From: Zootoca vivipara
Taxonomy: Eukaryota
Assembly (NCBI RefSeq): GCF_963506605.1
Contig: NC_083276.1
Span: 115,010,001-115,074,000 of the forward strand
Direction: 5' to 3'
DNA: 64,000 bases
The notes under the pieces are model-generated. The model made no database searches and was not told the DNA's origin. It saw only the letters and a program-made list of their open reading frames with translations. The position numbers and the translations under genes were made by a program. Each line of letters starts with the position of its first letter. Positions within the stretch are counted from its first letter, which is position 1. Of the stretch, positions 24,919-36,116 are shown piece after piece.

Positions 24919-25489
24919 CTTGTGGTCTCATCCAGGGGAACATTGGAGAAGGAGACGCGCCCTGATTTAAGTGCTCTGGGTCCTCGCCAATATTAGCACT
25001 GGACGATTTACAGTCAGGATACTGGACCAGCTCGGCCTCTTGGTGTGTCGTAAAAATCGGCTGTCTCTGTAAGTTATCGTATCCGTAAAACTTGGCAGGC
25101 TCTCCCGGACAAGGCAGGCCGGCGCAGGGGCCCTGCGGGGCCGGAGGAGGCGGTGGCGGCGGCTGGTGGTGGTGGTAGGCTGAGGGGCTTACTCCGGATA
25201 GGTGCCCGTGGTGCTGCTGGTGATGGTAGTATTCCGGGCCGCTGCCGCCCGAGCCAGGCCCAAGTGGGGGCTGCGGAGGGGGAAAGCCCGAGGCGGCGGC
25301 GGCGGCTGCTGCGGCTGCTGCAGCCGCGCTGTTCCCGTAGAGCAGGGCGGCCGCGGCCGCGGCGGGCGCAAAGTGACAGTCGTAGTAAGCGGGATTGATG
25401 GGCTGCTCGCCCCCTCCTCCTGCTGCTGCTCCTGCCGCCGCCGCTGCTTTGTACTTGGAGTAGAGCGGATTGACGAAGTAGGAGCTCAT
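24919..25489 (-). CDS. HOXD8: HoxD8 coding exon 1
   Basis: ATG at 25489 gives MSSYFVNPLYSKYK; motifs FYGYDNLQRQ, ELVQYPDCKS and hexapeptide MFPWMRPQ present. Donor G|GTTGGA. 571 nt, phase 1. Confidence 0.95.
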
Positions 25490-26319
25490 CGGAGGGCGGC
25501 GGCAGGGGGGCGGCGAGCGGAGGCGCCACCACCAGCAGAAGCAAGAGAAGGAGGAGCAGCAGCAGCAGCTGGGCCAGCCGAAGCCCACGAACCACTGCCT
25601 CGCTACTCCTTCCTTACTCCTACTTTACTCAGCCGGGCCGCCGCCGCCGCCCCTGCCACCAACTGCGGACGGCAGCGCTGGGAAGGTCCGGAGCTGGGAT
25701 CTAATCGCTGCCCGACTGACTGACCTGCCTCACTGCTTTTACTATTTCCTATTAGGCACACACAGGCAGCTCCGCCGCAGCAGCAGCAGCCACACACTCA
25801 CATGGGCCGGAGTTCAGGGCAAGGCAGGAGAGCCTGTTGGCTTCGGTTTACACTCACCTCCCGGAGGCAGAAAACGAGCCCGGGGAAATAAATAAATAAC
25901 AACGCTGCAGCCCCATGCAGCCATCCATGCAGCCAAAGCTTGTCCCACCGGCTGTTCAGGCGAGCGGCCTCTCTTTCTTTCTTTCTCTCTCTCTCTTTCT
26001 TTCTCTCCCCACCCCCACCCGCTTCAGCCTCCACACCCGCAGCCGTATGCATATTTTCTCGAAAACTCACCAAGCAGAAAGTAGGAGAGATCAGGGCGAG
26101 ATAAAGAGTAAGCACTGGGCTGTTGGATGGGGAGGCCTAGTGGAGTCCAGCTTGGGGTGGTGGGGAGGGAGAAGAGGTGCTGTGGCTGGTTTGATGACAA
26201 CCCCTGCTGTAAATTCTACTTTTACTTTTGTTTTTTAAATGAGACTATTTCTAGGCCAAGCCTTGAAGCATACCCTCCAACATTTCTCCGATAAAAAATA
26301 GGGACATTTTTTAAAAATT

Positions 26320-26465
26320 TAATTTAATTTAATTTTTACCCTGCCCATCTGACTGCTACTCTGGGAGGCTTCCAACATGCTTCATATTAAAAAAAACACA
26401 TAATGAAACGTTGAACATTGAACAACTTTCCTATGCAGGCCTGCCTTCAGATGTCTTTTAAAAGT
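26320..26465 (-). mobile_element. LINE (L2-like) 3' tail
   Basis: ACCCTGCCCATCTGACTG...ACTCTGGGAGGCTTCCAACAT is the reverse complement of the tail at 8150-8245. Confidence 0.55.
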
Positions 26466-26471
26466 TCTATG

Positions 26472-26659
26472 CAGTCATACCTCAGTTTAAGTACGCCTTG
26501 GTTTGAGTATTTTCAATTTAAGTACTCCGCAGTTCCGACTGGAACGAATTAATCCACTTTCCATTACTTTCAATGGGAAAGTTCGCTTCAGGTTAAGTAA
26601 GCTTCAGGTTAAGTACAGACTTCCGGAACCAATTGTGTTTGTAAACCGAGGTACCACTG
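26472..26659. mobile_element. Tc1/mariner-superfamily (Tigger/pogo-like) MITE
   Basis: TIRs CAGTCATACCTCAGTTTA ... TAAACCGAGGTACCACTG. Internal duplication GCTTCAGGTTAAGTA. Confidence 0.65.
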
Positions 26660-29644
26660 AAGTTACTTCTCTCCTCGGCTGGGGGAGGGGGGGTGTCGCA
26701 TAAGCCATCATTAGATCCTTAGAGCCCTGAGACATGAAAACATCATAAAGGAGGACACGTGTCTCTGGACGTGTACAGAGTTTTGACCCAACTCCCCCAC
26801 ATACCAGGGATGATAGGGGACCAGAGCTTCCACTTCCGGGATCAAAGGGCATGGCTTTTAGGCAAGCCCTGAGCAGTGGTGCCGCTGCCCCCCCCATAAA
26901 GCCATTATCCACCGGCATTGGAGAAGGGAGGGTGTCGTTCCTGCGCTCAAATCCAATGGTATTGGTAAAGTCCAGGCCCAGAAGGTCATAAACCATCAAA
27001 GGATGGAGGGGGCAAGGGCAGGGGGAGGCCCAGGCAAAGGGCGGAGATGTTGGGCAGCAAAACTAGACGAAATCAATGGGTGTTTTGCCATTGATCTCAA
27101 TGGAATGTGGATTTCCATTAGGTAAGCAAGTAAATAAGTAAGTATAAGTAAAATAAATGAGGCTGGGGGCATGGAAAGCGAGCTCAGGCTAGCAGGCCGA
27201 TTTCAAACGCGATGCCCATTTACCCTTGACGCACTGCGCGCCTGGCTGCAGATCCCGGATTAATTGATACTTAATGGAAGTCATGTCCATGAATATGCTT
27301 TCCATCATTTCACCCTTGGTGGACGTCATTAGCCAAGCCAAGCCAAGCGAGGGAGAGTGGCGGGTGGAGAGTGAGCGAGTACCGGCGAGCACTAGCATAG
27401 CTGGCGGGGCCGGAATCCCAAATAAAGGAATGTTTTCCGAAGTGGAAGGGACTGAGAGAGGGAAGAGGCTGAGGAGGAGGAGGACAGCAGGATCGCGCAG
27501 TAGCCTTTCCCCAACACCCTGGGCAGTACAGGCCGCTGCCCGCATTTAAGCGTCTTCCTTTCCAGAGCGGGAGGCACGAGTTTTGGCCAAGGCTGGCTCC
27601 TCTTTTCTTGGTTTTGGGGAGCCACCCGAGAAGGGCGCGCTGGACTTTCCTGTTTTCCCCTGACGCTTGGGGTGGAGGAGTCTGCTGAAAGGGACGGCGG
27701 TGTTAGATCCCAGGCAGGAATTCGAATACACACGACCTTTCTTTTTGGGTGCGGGGGGGGGGGCAGTTTCCCTGTGGTTAAAACCAAAGCGGCTGAACAG
27801 TGTGGGATGCAATCATGTGGACAGATTCCGAGATGCAGTAGCGTTTGCCCTCATTATTTGAGGAAGGGAGAAAGGGAAGGGGCGGGGCCTATTATTATTA
27901 TTATTACTATTATTACCACCACACACTTCTTTATCTCACAACATAACTGCCATTCCGTTCTGGACTCACTGCAAAACTAAACTAAGAATAAAATATATGG
28001 GTGAAATGTGCACAGAGCCGGACAGAGAAGCATCAGAAGACAGACACGACAGTCTGGTGTGAGTTCAATAAAAATTTTGTGGTTACATGACATGTCTCTT
28101 TGTCTTTTTTTCCTCTCACGATAAGTTGTCCTTTTCTTTTCTTTTCTTTTCTTTACAAATACTAGCATTTATCCCCCGCCCGCCACGTTTTTTCACGTAA
28201 CCCAGCCGCATAAAATGTACGCTGTGTAGTTTCCATTTTGCGTTTCCCTTTTATAGTTTTATGTTGTGAGCCGCCCTGTGATCTTCGGGTGAAAGGCGGT
28301 ATACACATTTTATTAATAATAATAATAATAATGACTAAAATGTATTTAACTTTACTAACAAAGGACATTGGGTGGGGGAAATAAAATTCCACAATAATTT
28401 AAGGAACCGAACATTGGACTATAACTTGGGAGACGCGGGAGGAATAAGAGCGTTTTGAGGAAGCTTCTCCATCCAGTTGTGTTGAGGAAAGAAGGTTGCA
28501 GTATTGCTTAATCAATGCTGTGGTGGAGCTTAGATAAACCAAACTCTGCTACCGTACTTACGCTGTGAAAATACGTTTCCTTCTATGCAGTAAAACAGGC
28601 AACCCTACTGATACAGAGGGAATCATTTTTATCTGCAGAAATAGATCCGGGCCTTATAAGCTTTTCTCCAGTGTTGACAGTGTTCGCTCGAGTGGAGTTA
28701 CAACCATCAGTTGCTTCAACTATTTCAGATTCATCGGAGCAAATGTTGAAGCGCGGAATGAAAGACCAAATCCAGCGCTTTCTCTTGGGATACAGGGAGA
28801 TCCAAATTCTTCAGTGAATTGATTTTCTCCTATTGACTTACTATAGTCTAAAGAAACCCCCTTACCGTTTATTAAGCATATCTGATAACACCCTTTTGAG
28901 ATGTTTTGTTAAGATGCATAATTGTGTGCGCATCTTTTTAGATTCTGGAATCCTACCACAGGGGTAGGAGGAATGGTTGCGTGCGTGAAGAAATCAAATA
29001 CAAGTTTAATGGCAATGCAATGGAAAACCCTTTCGTCGCAGCTGAGTCTCTTTTAGAAAAAGAGAGGTCCCTTGTGCAGTTCTTCTTAAACCTAATCCCA
29101 CTCTATATTTCCTGGGTTTGAAAAAGGAGGGTAACAACAGACGGGAAATATATTAGAATACCTTCCTGAATTTAGAATACGTTCTGGTGGTGGTTAGAAT
29201 AACAATAAGAAAACAAGCTGCGGCCATTAGATGTTCGATCAGCATTGATTATTTCTTTTATGTAAAACGTGCTTTTTATACGCATACATACTGTATTTAT
29301 AATTGAAAGGAACTTTTTGTAAAAATTCTGATAATACAAAGAATGAATTGATTTCGCCTGTAGACACAAATAGCCCCCCCCCCGCGCTTTTATTTTACAC
29401 ACCCATAGTCTGCAGAAATTAAATTTAGTGTCACTGGCAAATTTATACGGGTGGATACTTTTTCAGGTGCTGACTGCGTTCTTCTAGCCACTTAATTAGT
29501 TAGATCATAGTAAAGAACGGTCATGTGCGTTTATTTTTAGCTACAAACACAAAATTCATTGATTAAAAGAAACAGCCTGTACATATTTTAAATAAACAAA
29601 TAATCCTGGCCGGATACAGAAAATTATCAGAATATGGAGCAACA

Positions 29645-29658
29645 CCGCCCTCTAGTGG
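29645..29658 (-). promoter_or_regulatory. CTCF motif between HoxD8 and HoxD9
   Basis: Minus strand CCACTAGAGGGCGG matches CCASYAGRKGGCRS at 14/14. Confidence 0.8.
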
Positions 29659-31384
29659 TGAGATGAAATCTTGTTCGGCAACCCGGGTTGACGCCACACG
29701 TTTATGCTTTTTCTACGATGAATGTGAAAGAAAGATATTTGCAAGGAACACTTGCTTGTTGTTTCTAATAAAATATTTCTTTTTCGTTGGCTAAAGACGA
29801 TTAAAGTCATGCAAAAAAAAAAATCCAAGGAGCGTGCAATGGTTACAAAGAATGAGAAATATCCTTCATATTTACAAGTAAGAAGGGGTATATGCCAAGT
29901 CCTATATCTTGAATGACGGGGAAATGTTTACAATGATTACACAATGCTGCCTTTTGTTATCAAGAGTACAGGACTCTTTAATCATAGGAATTTTGCTTAA
30001 CCAAAGAAACGACTTCTTTATGCCTAATGAAGTCAGATTAAGTGAAAAAACGAACGAGGAAGCACGTTGCTGTTTGCATAAAACCAAACCTCTCGTTTTT
30101 TGTTTTGTCTGTTTCTGTTCTATGCTTCGATTTCAAGCTCAGAAACCTTCCTGCCTTGAACTTGCCTATGTCATTTTATTTCTCCCTTTCCCCATCGGAG
30201 ACCTGGTCAGTTTCGGCTTGCGCACTTACACTTGGAATCATAACAACATCCACGTTTCTGCTTTATTGTGACACTCAACATATCCAAAAAGAAACGGACT
30301 CTTAAGCAAATGTCCCTTGGCTTATTGGAAGGGGAGGGCTAGTGGTTTGGGAATGGCAGCGTTTCCATGTTTCCATGCAGATCCAGCTACATAGCTGGGC
30401 TGCAGTGGCATTTGAAATAAATAAACGTGGACTTGGGTTCAAACCTCGGCAAGTTTAGATCCGGTCCCGTTCCAGCCAAGGAGGACCTTCCCCAACGTGT
30501 CGCCCGTTTCAAGGTCTAGGTATTGCCCTAACCTTTACGGGTGTTGTTGCTCTTGCACTCTTTTTGCACACCAAGGTTCCTATAAGCGCTTCCTCTCTTT
30601 TTGTTTTTTGTTTTCAAAAGAACCCCTGACTTTCTAATATATGGCTACTTCCAGGTCCATTGGCATACCCAGCCGAATTGGTCTTAATCTCCTCACTTTT
30701 CAGACTTCAGCGGCGTCCAAACTGCTGTCTCGCCCAGCCGGGGTGACATATTGAAATTTATAGTACGGGATTTTAAGACCTGGTTTTGTCTGCATCGGTG
30801 TTCTATCCTAACAAACGCAAACATCAAAATAAGATGGTCTCAAAGAGAGAAAAGCGCCATCGCATATCGTAAACTCATTAGGTCCAGACGTCTAGCCTTC
30901 TCAATGGTTTTATTACGCCTCGGTTCTTCCTGTTTTAAAAAGAATTATAGGTATAGGGTTGACAATGAATGGGGAAGCGAGGCAACACCTTTTCCTAGGC
31001 CTTAATCGCTGTGGGTCTTTCTGAGGGGATGGGGGAAGTGATAGCATCTACAGACCCCCAGGTCTCTGTGCCTGTTTCCTTTCACCTTAAATCTTCTTTC
31101 AAATGGCTTGAGAGGCCATGTTTTCCTCGAGACGCTTAATTAAAATGGTGCCTCACATCAGAACAATGCTCCTCTCCTTCTCTAAAATATCCCAGTAGCC
31201 TGCTGCCCACCCCTCAATGTGCAGTGTGTGTGTGTCTGTGTTTAAATACAATGTACATACTGTACATGATTCAGCTAAAGTTTTTAACACTTGGACGTTC
31301 CATTTATTTCCATCGAGGAGTTATGCATGTGCTGAAATTTCTACATCAGGGTGGCTTCAAAGTCCTTATCAGAAATTCACATAT

Positions 31385-31416
<32 letters not shown>

Positions 31417-32237
31417 CGCGCATATATCTGGTGATACTTGCCGATAACCGTATGATCGAAAAGGACGTATACTAAAGCAAATACCGACAGAGCTGATCAT
31501 CAAGTCTATCTATCAAGTGTCTTTAAGGTTCAAGATTTTGAATGGGCGACATGGTGTCATAATTATGAACCAACTTCAGTCTTATTTGAGGACAGCGGAA
31601 TTTGCCCTATGTTGTCCCTACATATCCCCACCCCTGAAATTGCTACATGAACCTTTCGGGGGTTTTTTTGGAGGGGGGGAGTTGGTTATGTTTCGGATTT
31701 ATTTTTTTAAGAAAGGCAACGAAGCTTGCGCCACGCACCCTCATCCACCACTCACAATTGCAATCAGGAAATATTCTCAGAAAAGAAGGTCGTAGAGGCT
31801 ATGAACCCGGGGCAAACGCTCTCGACCTGCCCTGGTATGTATCTCCGCATATTTAGACCGTTGCTTAAAGACCGGTTCTTTTGCTCGGTTGCTGGCAGAG
31901 GTGGGGAAGAGAGATTTGGGAGCAAGTCAGGTTCAAATAGAAAAGATATCCAGGAGGAGTGGGGAAGGAAAGGAAGCAGGGCGGGCGGGGGTCATGCAGG
32001 CCTGCTCTATTATACCGGTACTAGCTGTTGTACAGTTGACCTGCTGAAACCCTTCCTTCATGTCCACGATTTGTATAATAGTATTCAGGAGTGGAGAATG
32101 GTGAACCTGTGTCGATGAAGACCTCCTGCCTCTGGGACCTCCTGCCTCTCTAGGTACAGAGGAAGCGTCCCTTCGTCTGCAAATGGCTTCCTGCGGGTTA
32201 TATGCAAGGCATCTTTATTACAGAGAAGAGAGCGCAG

Positions 32238-32403
32238 NNNNNNNNNNNNNNNNNNNNNNNNNNNNNNNNNNNNNNNNNNNNNNNNNNNNNNNNNNNNNNN
32301 NNNNNNNNNNNNNNNNNNNNNNNNNNNNNNNNNNNNNNNNNNNNNNNNNNNNNNNNNNNNNNNNNNNNNNNNNNNNNNNNNNNNNNNNNNNNNNNNNNNN
32401 NNN
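32238..32403. other. Assembly gap (166 N)
   Basis: Run of N. Confidence 1.
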
Positions 32404-33421
32404 GTTTATAGTCAGGCGCTGTCTGTTTACTTCCACTTTGTAGAGAGAAGTCAAAGGCAAACCGCGGGCGCGTTTGCACTCACATTACAGCACATCTCAT
32501 TCCCCAGCACACGAAAACCCCCACCTTCCCAGTCACCCAAATGTTGGGAATTTTATTATTACTGTTATTTCACCAGCTCAGCCTTTATTATAATAACCTA
32601 TGACAATTACATTATTATTATTATTATAAAAAATAAGTCCTTAGGTAAAGTTCCAGGCCTCAGGCAATGGGGACGGGTGCTCAGAACTGTTAAGCCGCAG
32701 AACTGCGGGGCCTGTGGAAGTTAATACTGGTTCAAGTACCGCTTTTAATACAGTGCACTGGAGAGGGTGAAACGGGAAGCCAGGGGGGAAGATAATAAAA
32801 ATATTTTATATTAAAAGAAAACATAACCTGCAGAAGGAAAGCGATGCACAGGGTCAGGAGTTCTCCCCTCCCCGCTCTCCGCTTTTCCTTTTTTGAAAGT
32901 CCGAGGTAAACGCACTATTGCCATCAAGGTAATCCTCGCTGTCATTCAATATTATCGTCTTCATCGCCGCCTTTGCCTTCAGTTGGGAAAAGCGACTGTC
33001 CCGTCCCCCCCACCTTACAACCCCGCCACTCTCTCTCTCTCTCTCTCTCGTCTAGGGTAACTTGGTAGTAGCATGTCAAACATTTAGTATTTAGATAAAG
33101 CCCCCCCAATAAAATAAAATAAAACCCTAACGTGCACTCATAATATCTTAAAACCAAACTGGAGGCGCGGGGAAAGAAGCAACTTTTACCAAATACATTC
33201 TCCACACCCAACCCTTTTCCTTTCCAAAATACCTGACATCGACCACATTACTGCTATCTAAAGAATAAACCCACCAGATCAATAGGAAGTTTCGAGCCAG
33301 TGAACCTGGCAACATAATAATATTAATAATGACAATAACAATAATTAATATCGATACTTTTGTGTGTATCTTCGTAGAAAGCCCAGCACATTTCCACAAA
33401 CGCACGCACACCCTCAAGGCG

Positions 33422-33663
33422 CTAGTCCCCTTTATTCCCTTTTTCCTTGTTCATCTTTTTCATTTTCATTCTTCGGTTCTGAAACCATATTTTAACCTGC
33501 CTCTCGGTCAGGTTTAAAATCCTAGCCACTTCGTAACGGCGGTCGCGGGTGAGGTACATGTTAAAGAGGAATTCCTTTTCCAGTTCCAGAGTTTGGAATT
33601 TTGTGTAAGGGCAACGCTTTTTCCTCGTGGAACGAGCGTGAATCCAGTTCGCGGCGGGGTTAT
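33422..33663 (-). CDS. HOXD9: HoxD9 coding exon 2 (homeobox); absent from the supplied ORF track
   Basis: Translated by hand. Acceptor CTCCAG| then [80 protein letters not shown]. Spliced CDS 1185 nt = 394 aa. Confidence 0.96.
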
Positions 33664-34077
33664 CTGGAGAAGGGAGACCAAGAAAGGGGGGGGGAGAGAA
33701 GGTCAGGGTTCGGAGGGAGAAGAGGGGCAGGCATTGAAGTAAGGGAGAGGGTTGGGTAGGGGAGAAAGGTCGTTAAATTAATTTAACGGAGGATGCCTGC
33801 TCTTTTCACAATTGAGGAGGAATTATCATAAAACCTTGAATGGCCCGGTCTGTTTACTGTACAAATGATGTCTTCTTGATGGCCGTAGGTGGTTATGGGG
33901 AGCCTTTTTTATGGGTGCTTGTTGCCGCTTGCGCTCGAGTAGGCGTCTAGACGTTTTTATAGGTTAGTAAAACTATCGGTTTTGCACATTGGAGCCTTAC
34001 AGGTTGGGGCAATAAATCAAAGCGGGTGCAATTTCTTTTCTTTCTCTCTCTGGCTCGGATTTTTTTTTTAAACTTAC

Positions 34078-35020
34078 TTGGGTCAAGTTGCTGCTGAGGC
34101 TTCTCCTCTTTCAGATCGCTGCTGGGGCTAGCATTGCGGCTGCAACCAGACGCTGGCTTGGCCGGGGCGGCGGTACTGCTGTTGCTGCCGGTGGTGGTGA
34201 CATTGCTGGTGGCTGCAGCTACGGCGGCCGCCGCAACCGGGTGAGAAGAACCGTTGCTCACTGTTGTTGTTGTTGTTGCTGCTGCTGCCGCCGCCGCCTT
34301 CTCGCGGGGCTCTGCCAGGAAGGAATTGCACGTGTACTCGGGCCCATTGACCCCCGAGGGCTCCCTAGACGGCGCGCACTCAGTTCTTTTGGAAGGAGAA
34401 TCGGAGCTGCAAGACGAGGAGGAGGAGGAGACGGTGGCAGAGGAGGAGGAAGGAGAGGGCCCTACCGGACCGGCGGCGGCGGCTGCCCCGCTCTCCGGCT
34501 TGACGATCCCGTAGTGGCGCGCGCTGGAGGAGCCACCGCCGGCGCCGTTGGAGGCGATGTTGGTCGCCGCAGCAGCCGCGGCACTAGCGGCGGAGACGTT
34601 GCTGTTGCCTCCGCCGCCGTTGCCGGGGCTGCTGGGGAAAGAGGCGAAGGGCTCAATCCAGGAGCGCACGTATCTGCCTCCGCCGCCTCCGCCGCCCTCG
34701 CCCGGTCCGCCTAAGTGCGGCTGGGGCATGTAAGGGTGATAAATGCCGGGCATGGGCGCCGGAGGCTGAGGGTGCCACGAGGCTGGGAAGACGGCCGACT
34801 TAGGCGCGAAGCTGCAGGAGGAGAAATCCGAGCCCTCGGCCACCACACCTGAGGATGGCCTGGGGGTCGCATGGTGACCTCCCTGCAGGAACCGGGCAGC
34901 CCCTCCGACGCCTCCGACGCCTCCTCCTGCTCCTCCGACGCCGCCACCGTACACTTCCTCGCTGTCGTGGCCTATGAGGGAATCGACATAGTAGTTACTG
35001 AGGGTGCCGCCGGTCGACAT
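34078..35020 (-). CDS. HOXD9: HoxD9 coding exon 1 (optional in-frame upstream ATG at 35050)
   Basis: [34 protein letters not shown] and HYGI motifs of Hox9. Donor A|GTAAGT. 943 nt, phase 1. Confidence 0.95.
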
Positions 35021-35144
35021 TTTTTGGAGGCTCCCTCCGTAGCAGGGCATATGATGGGGGGAAGGCAAAAAAGGTTACTCTGTTAACTGTAGATGATCGC
35101 CTGGCCCAGAGAACAATCGTAGTATTTTGCAGGCGGCCAGGCTC

Positions 35145-35200
35145 AGCCATTGGTCCCTCCGCCCACGTGATCATATTTACCAATACTCCAAGTAAATCAA
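35145..35200 (-). promoter_or_regulatory. HoxD9 proximal promoter
   Basis: PBX-HOX site TGATTTAC (35192-35199), E-box CACGTG and two CCAAT boxes 100-150 nt above the upstream ATG. Confidence 0.65.
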
Positions 35201-35964
35201 TCCGCTAAACTGAAGGGGTTGCTGTGATTCAAGCGGAGGTGGTGGTGGGGAAAGAAGAGATAAAGAAAGAAGGAAAAACCCAAGAAGGCAACAAGCTAAG
35301 ACAACAATCTCCCCCCGCCTTTAAAAAACAAAAACAAAAAACAAAAACCTCATTCCCATCCTCTAAGGAAAACACTAGTCTCCAAAACGTGTAATTGTAT
35401 ACAGGCAGAGAGAGAGAGAATCCTTCCACTCTCTTGCCTTAGCAGGACTCCAAGCGGGCGTGGCGCGCTACTAGCAGAAGCAAGTTCGGGGACTATTTGT
35501 TCGCCTCCTTTGAGAGATTCCTGCCATTCATTCCGCTGCCTTCAGCCTCAAGCAACACGGAAGTTCTGCGAAGGCTTGGCTTGTCCTTGTCTTTGGAAGT
35601 TGCCGAGGAAAACCCCCATTGAAATCATAATAAGAGAGAGAGAGAGAGGGCGAGAGAGAGGGGGGGGGAGGGGGAACCCAGCGAGATCCCCGCCTGTGAA
35701 AACAAACCCTGCCAAAAACTGAGAGTGTGTAACGACTCCTCATAAAACAGGGAAATGTTACAGTAAAAAAGAAAAAGCGCAACAATGCAGGAGAGGGCCA
35801 CTTTTCCAGAACAGCTCTTGGTGTCGTTTCCTTTAAAAGGAAAAAAAAAAAGGAAAAACAGCAACACAGGGGCAGAATTGAATGATTGAAAAGAGAGAGA
35901 GAGAGAGAGAGAGGAAGGAAAGAGCTGCCCATTGTGTTGTTTTAAAACAGGTGGAAGACCTCTC

Positions 35965-36050
35965 CGCAATGATTTTATGCCTTTCAATAAAAATTTTATG
36001 AGGTGCATTTGATTATAGATTAATGTGTCCCTCTAATAAAATGGACTGAT
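35965..36050 (-). promoter_or_regulatory. HOXD9 upstream Hox cross-talk region (HCR)-like element
   Basis: Minus strand GGGACACATTAATCTATAATCAAAT plus flanking TTTTATG sites. Matches my recollection of the mammalian HCR core. Confidence 0.6.
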
Positions 36051-36059
36051 GGCACACGA

Positions 36060-36066
<7 letters not shown>

Positions 36067-36112
<46 letters not shown>
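36067..36112. repeat. (TC)n microsatellite
   Basis: Read directly. Confidence 0.95.

Positions 36113-36116
<4 letters not shown>

Noticed and set aside
34088-34714. 208-aa plus-strand ORF and similar long ORFs (25202-25723, 53042-53728, 53449-53976, 62667-63170)
   Set aside because: Shadow ORFs of GC-rich, trinucleotide-repetitive Hox exons with no recognisable domains.
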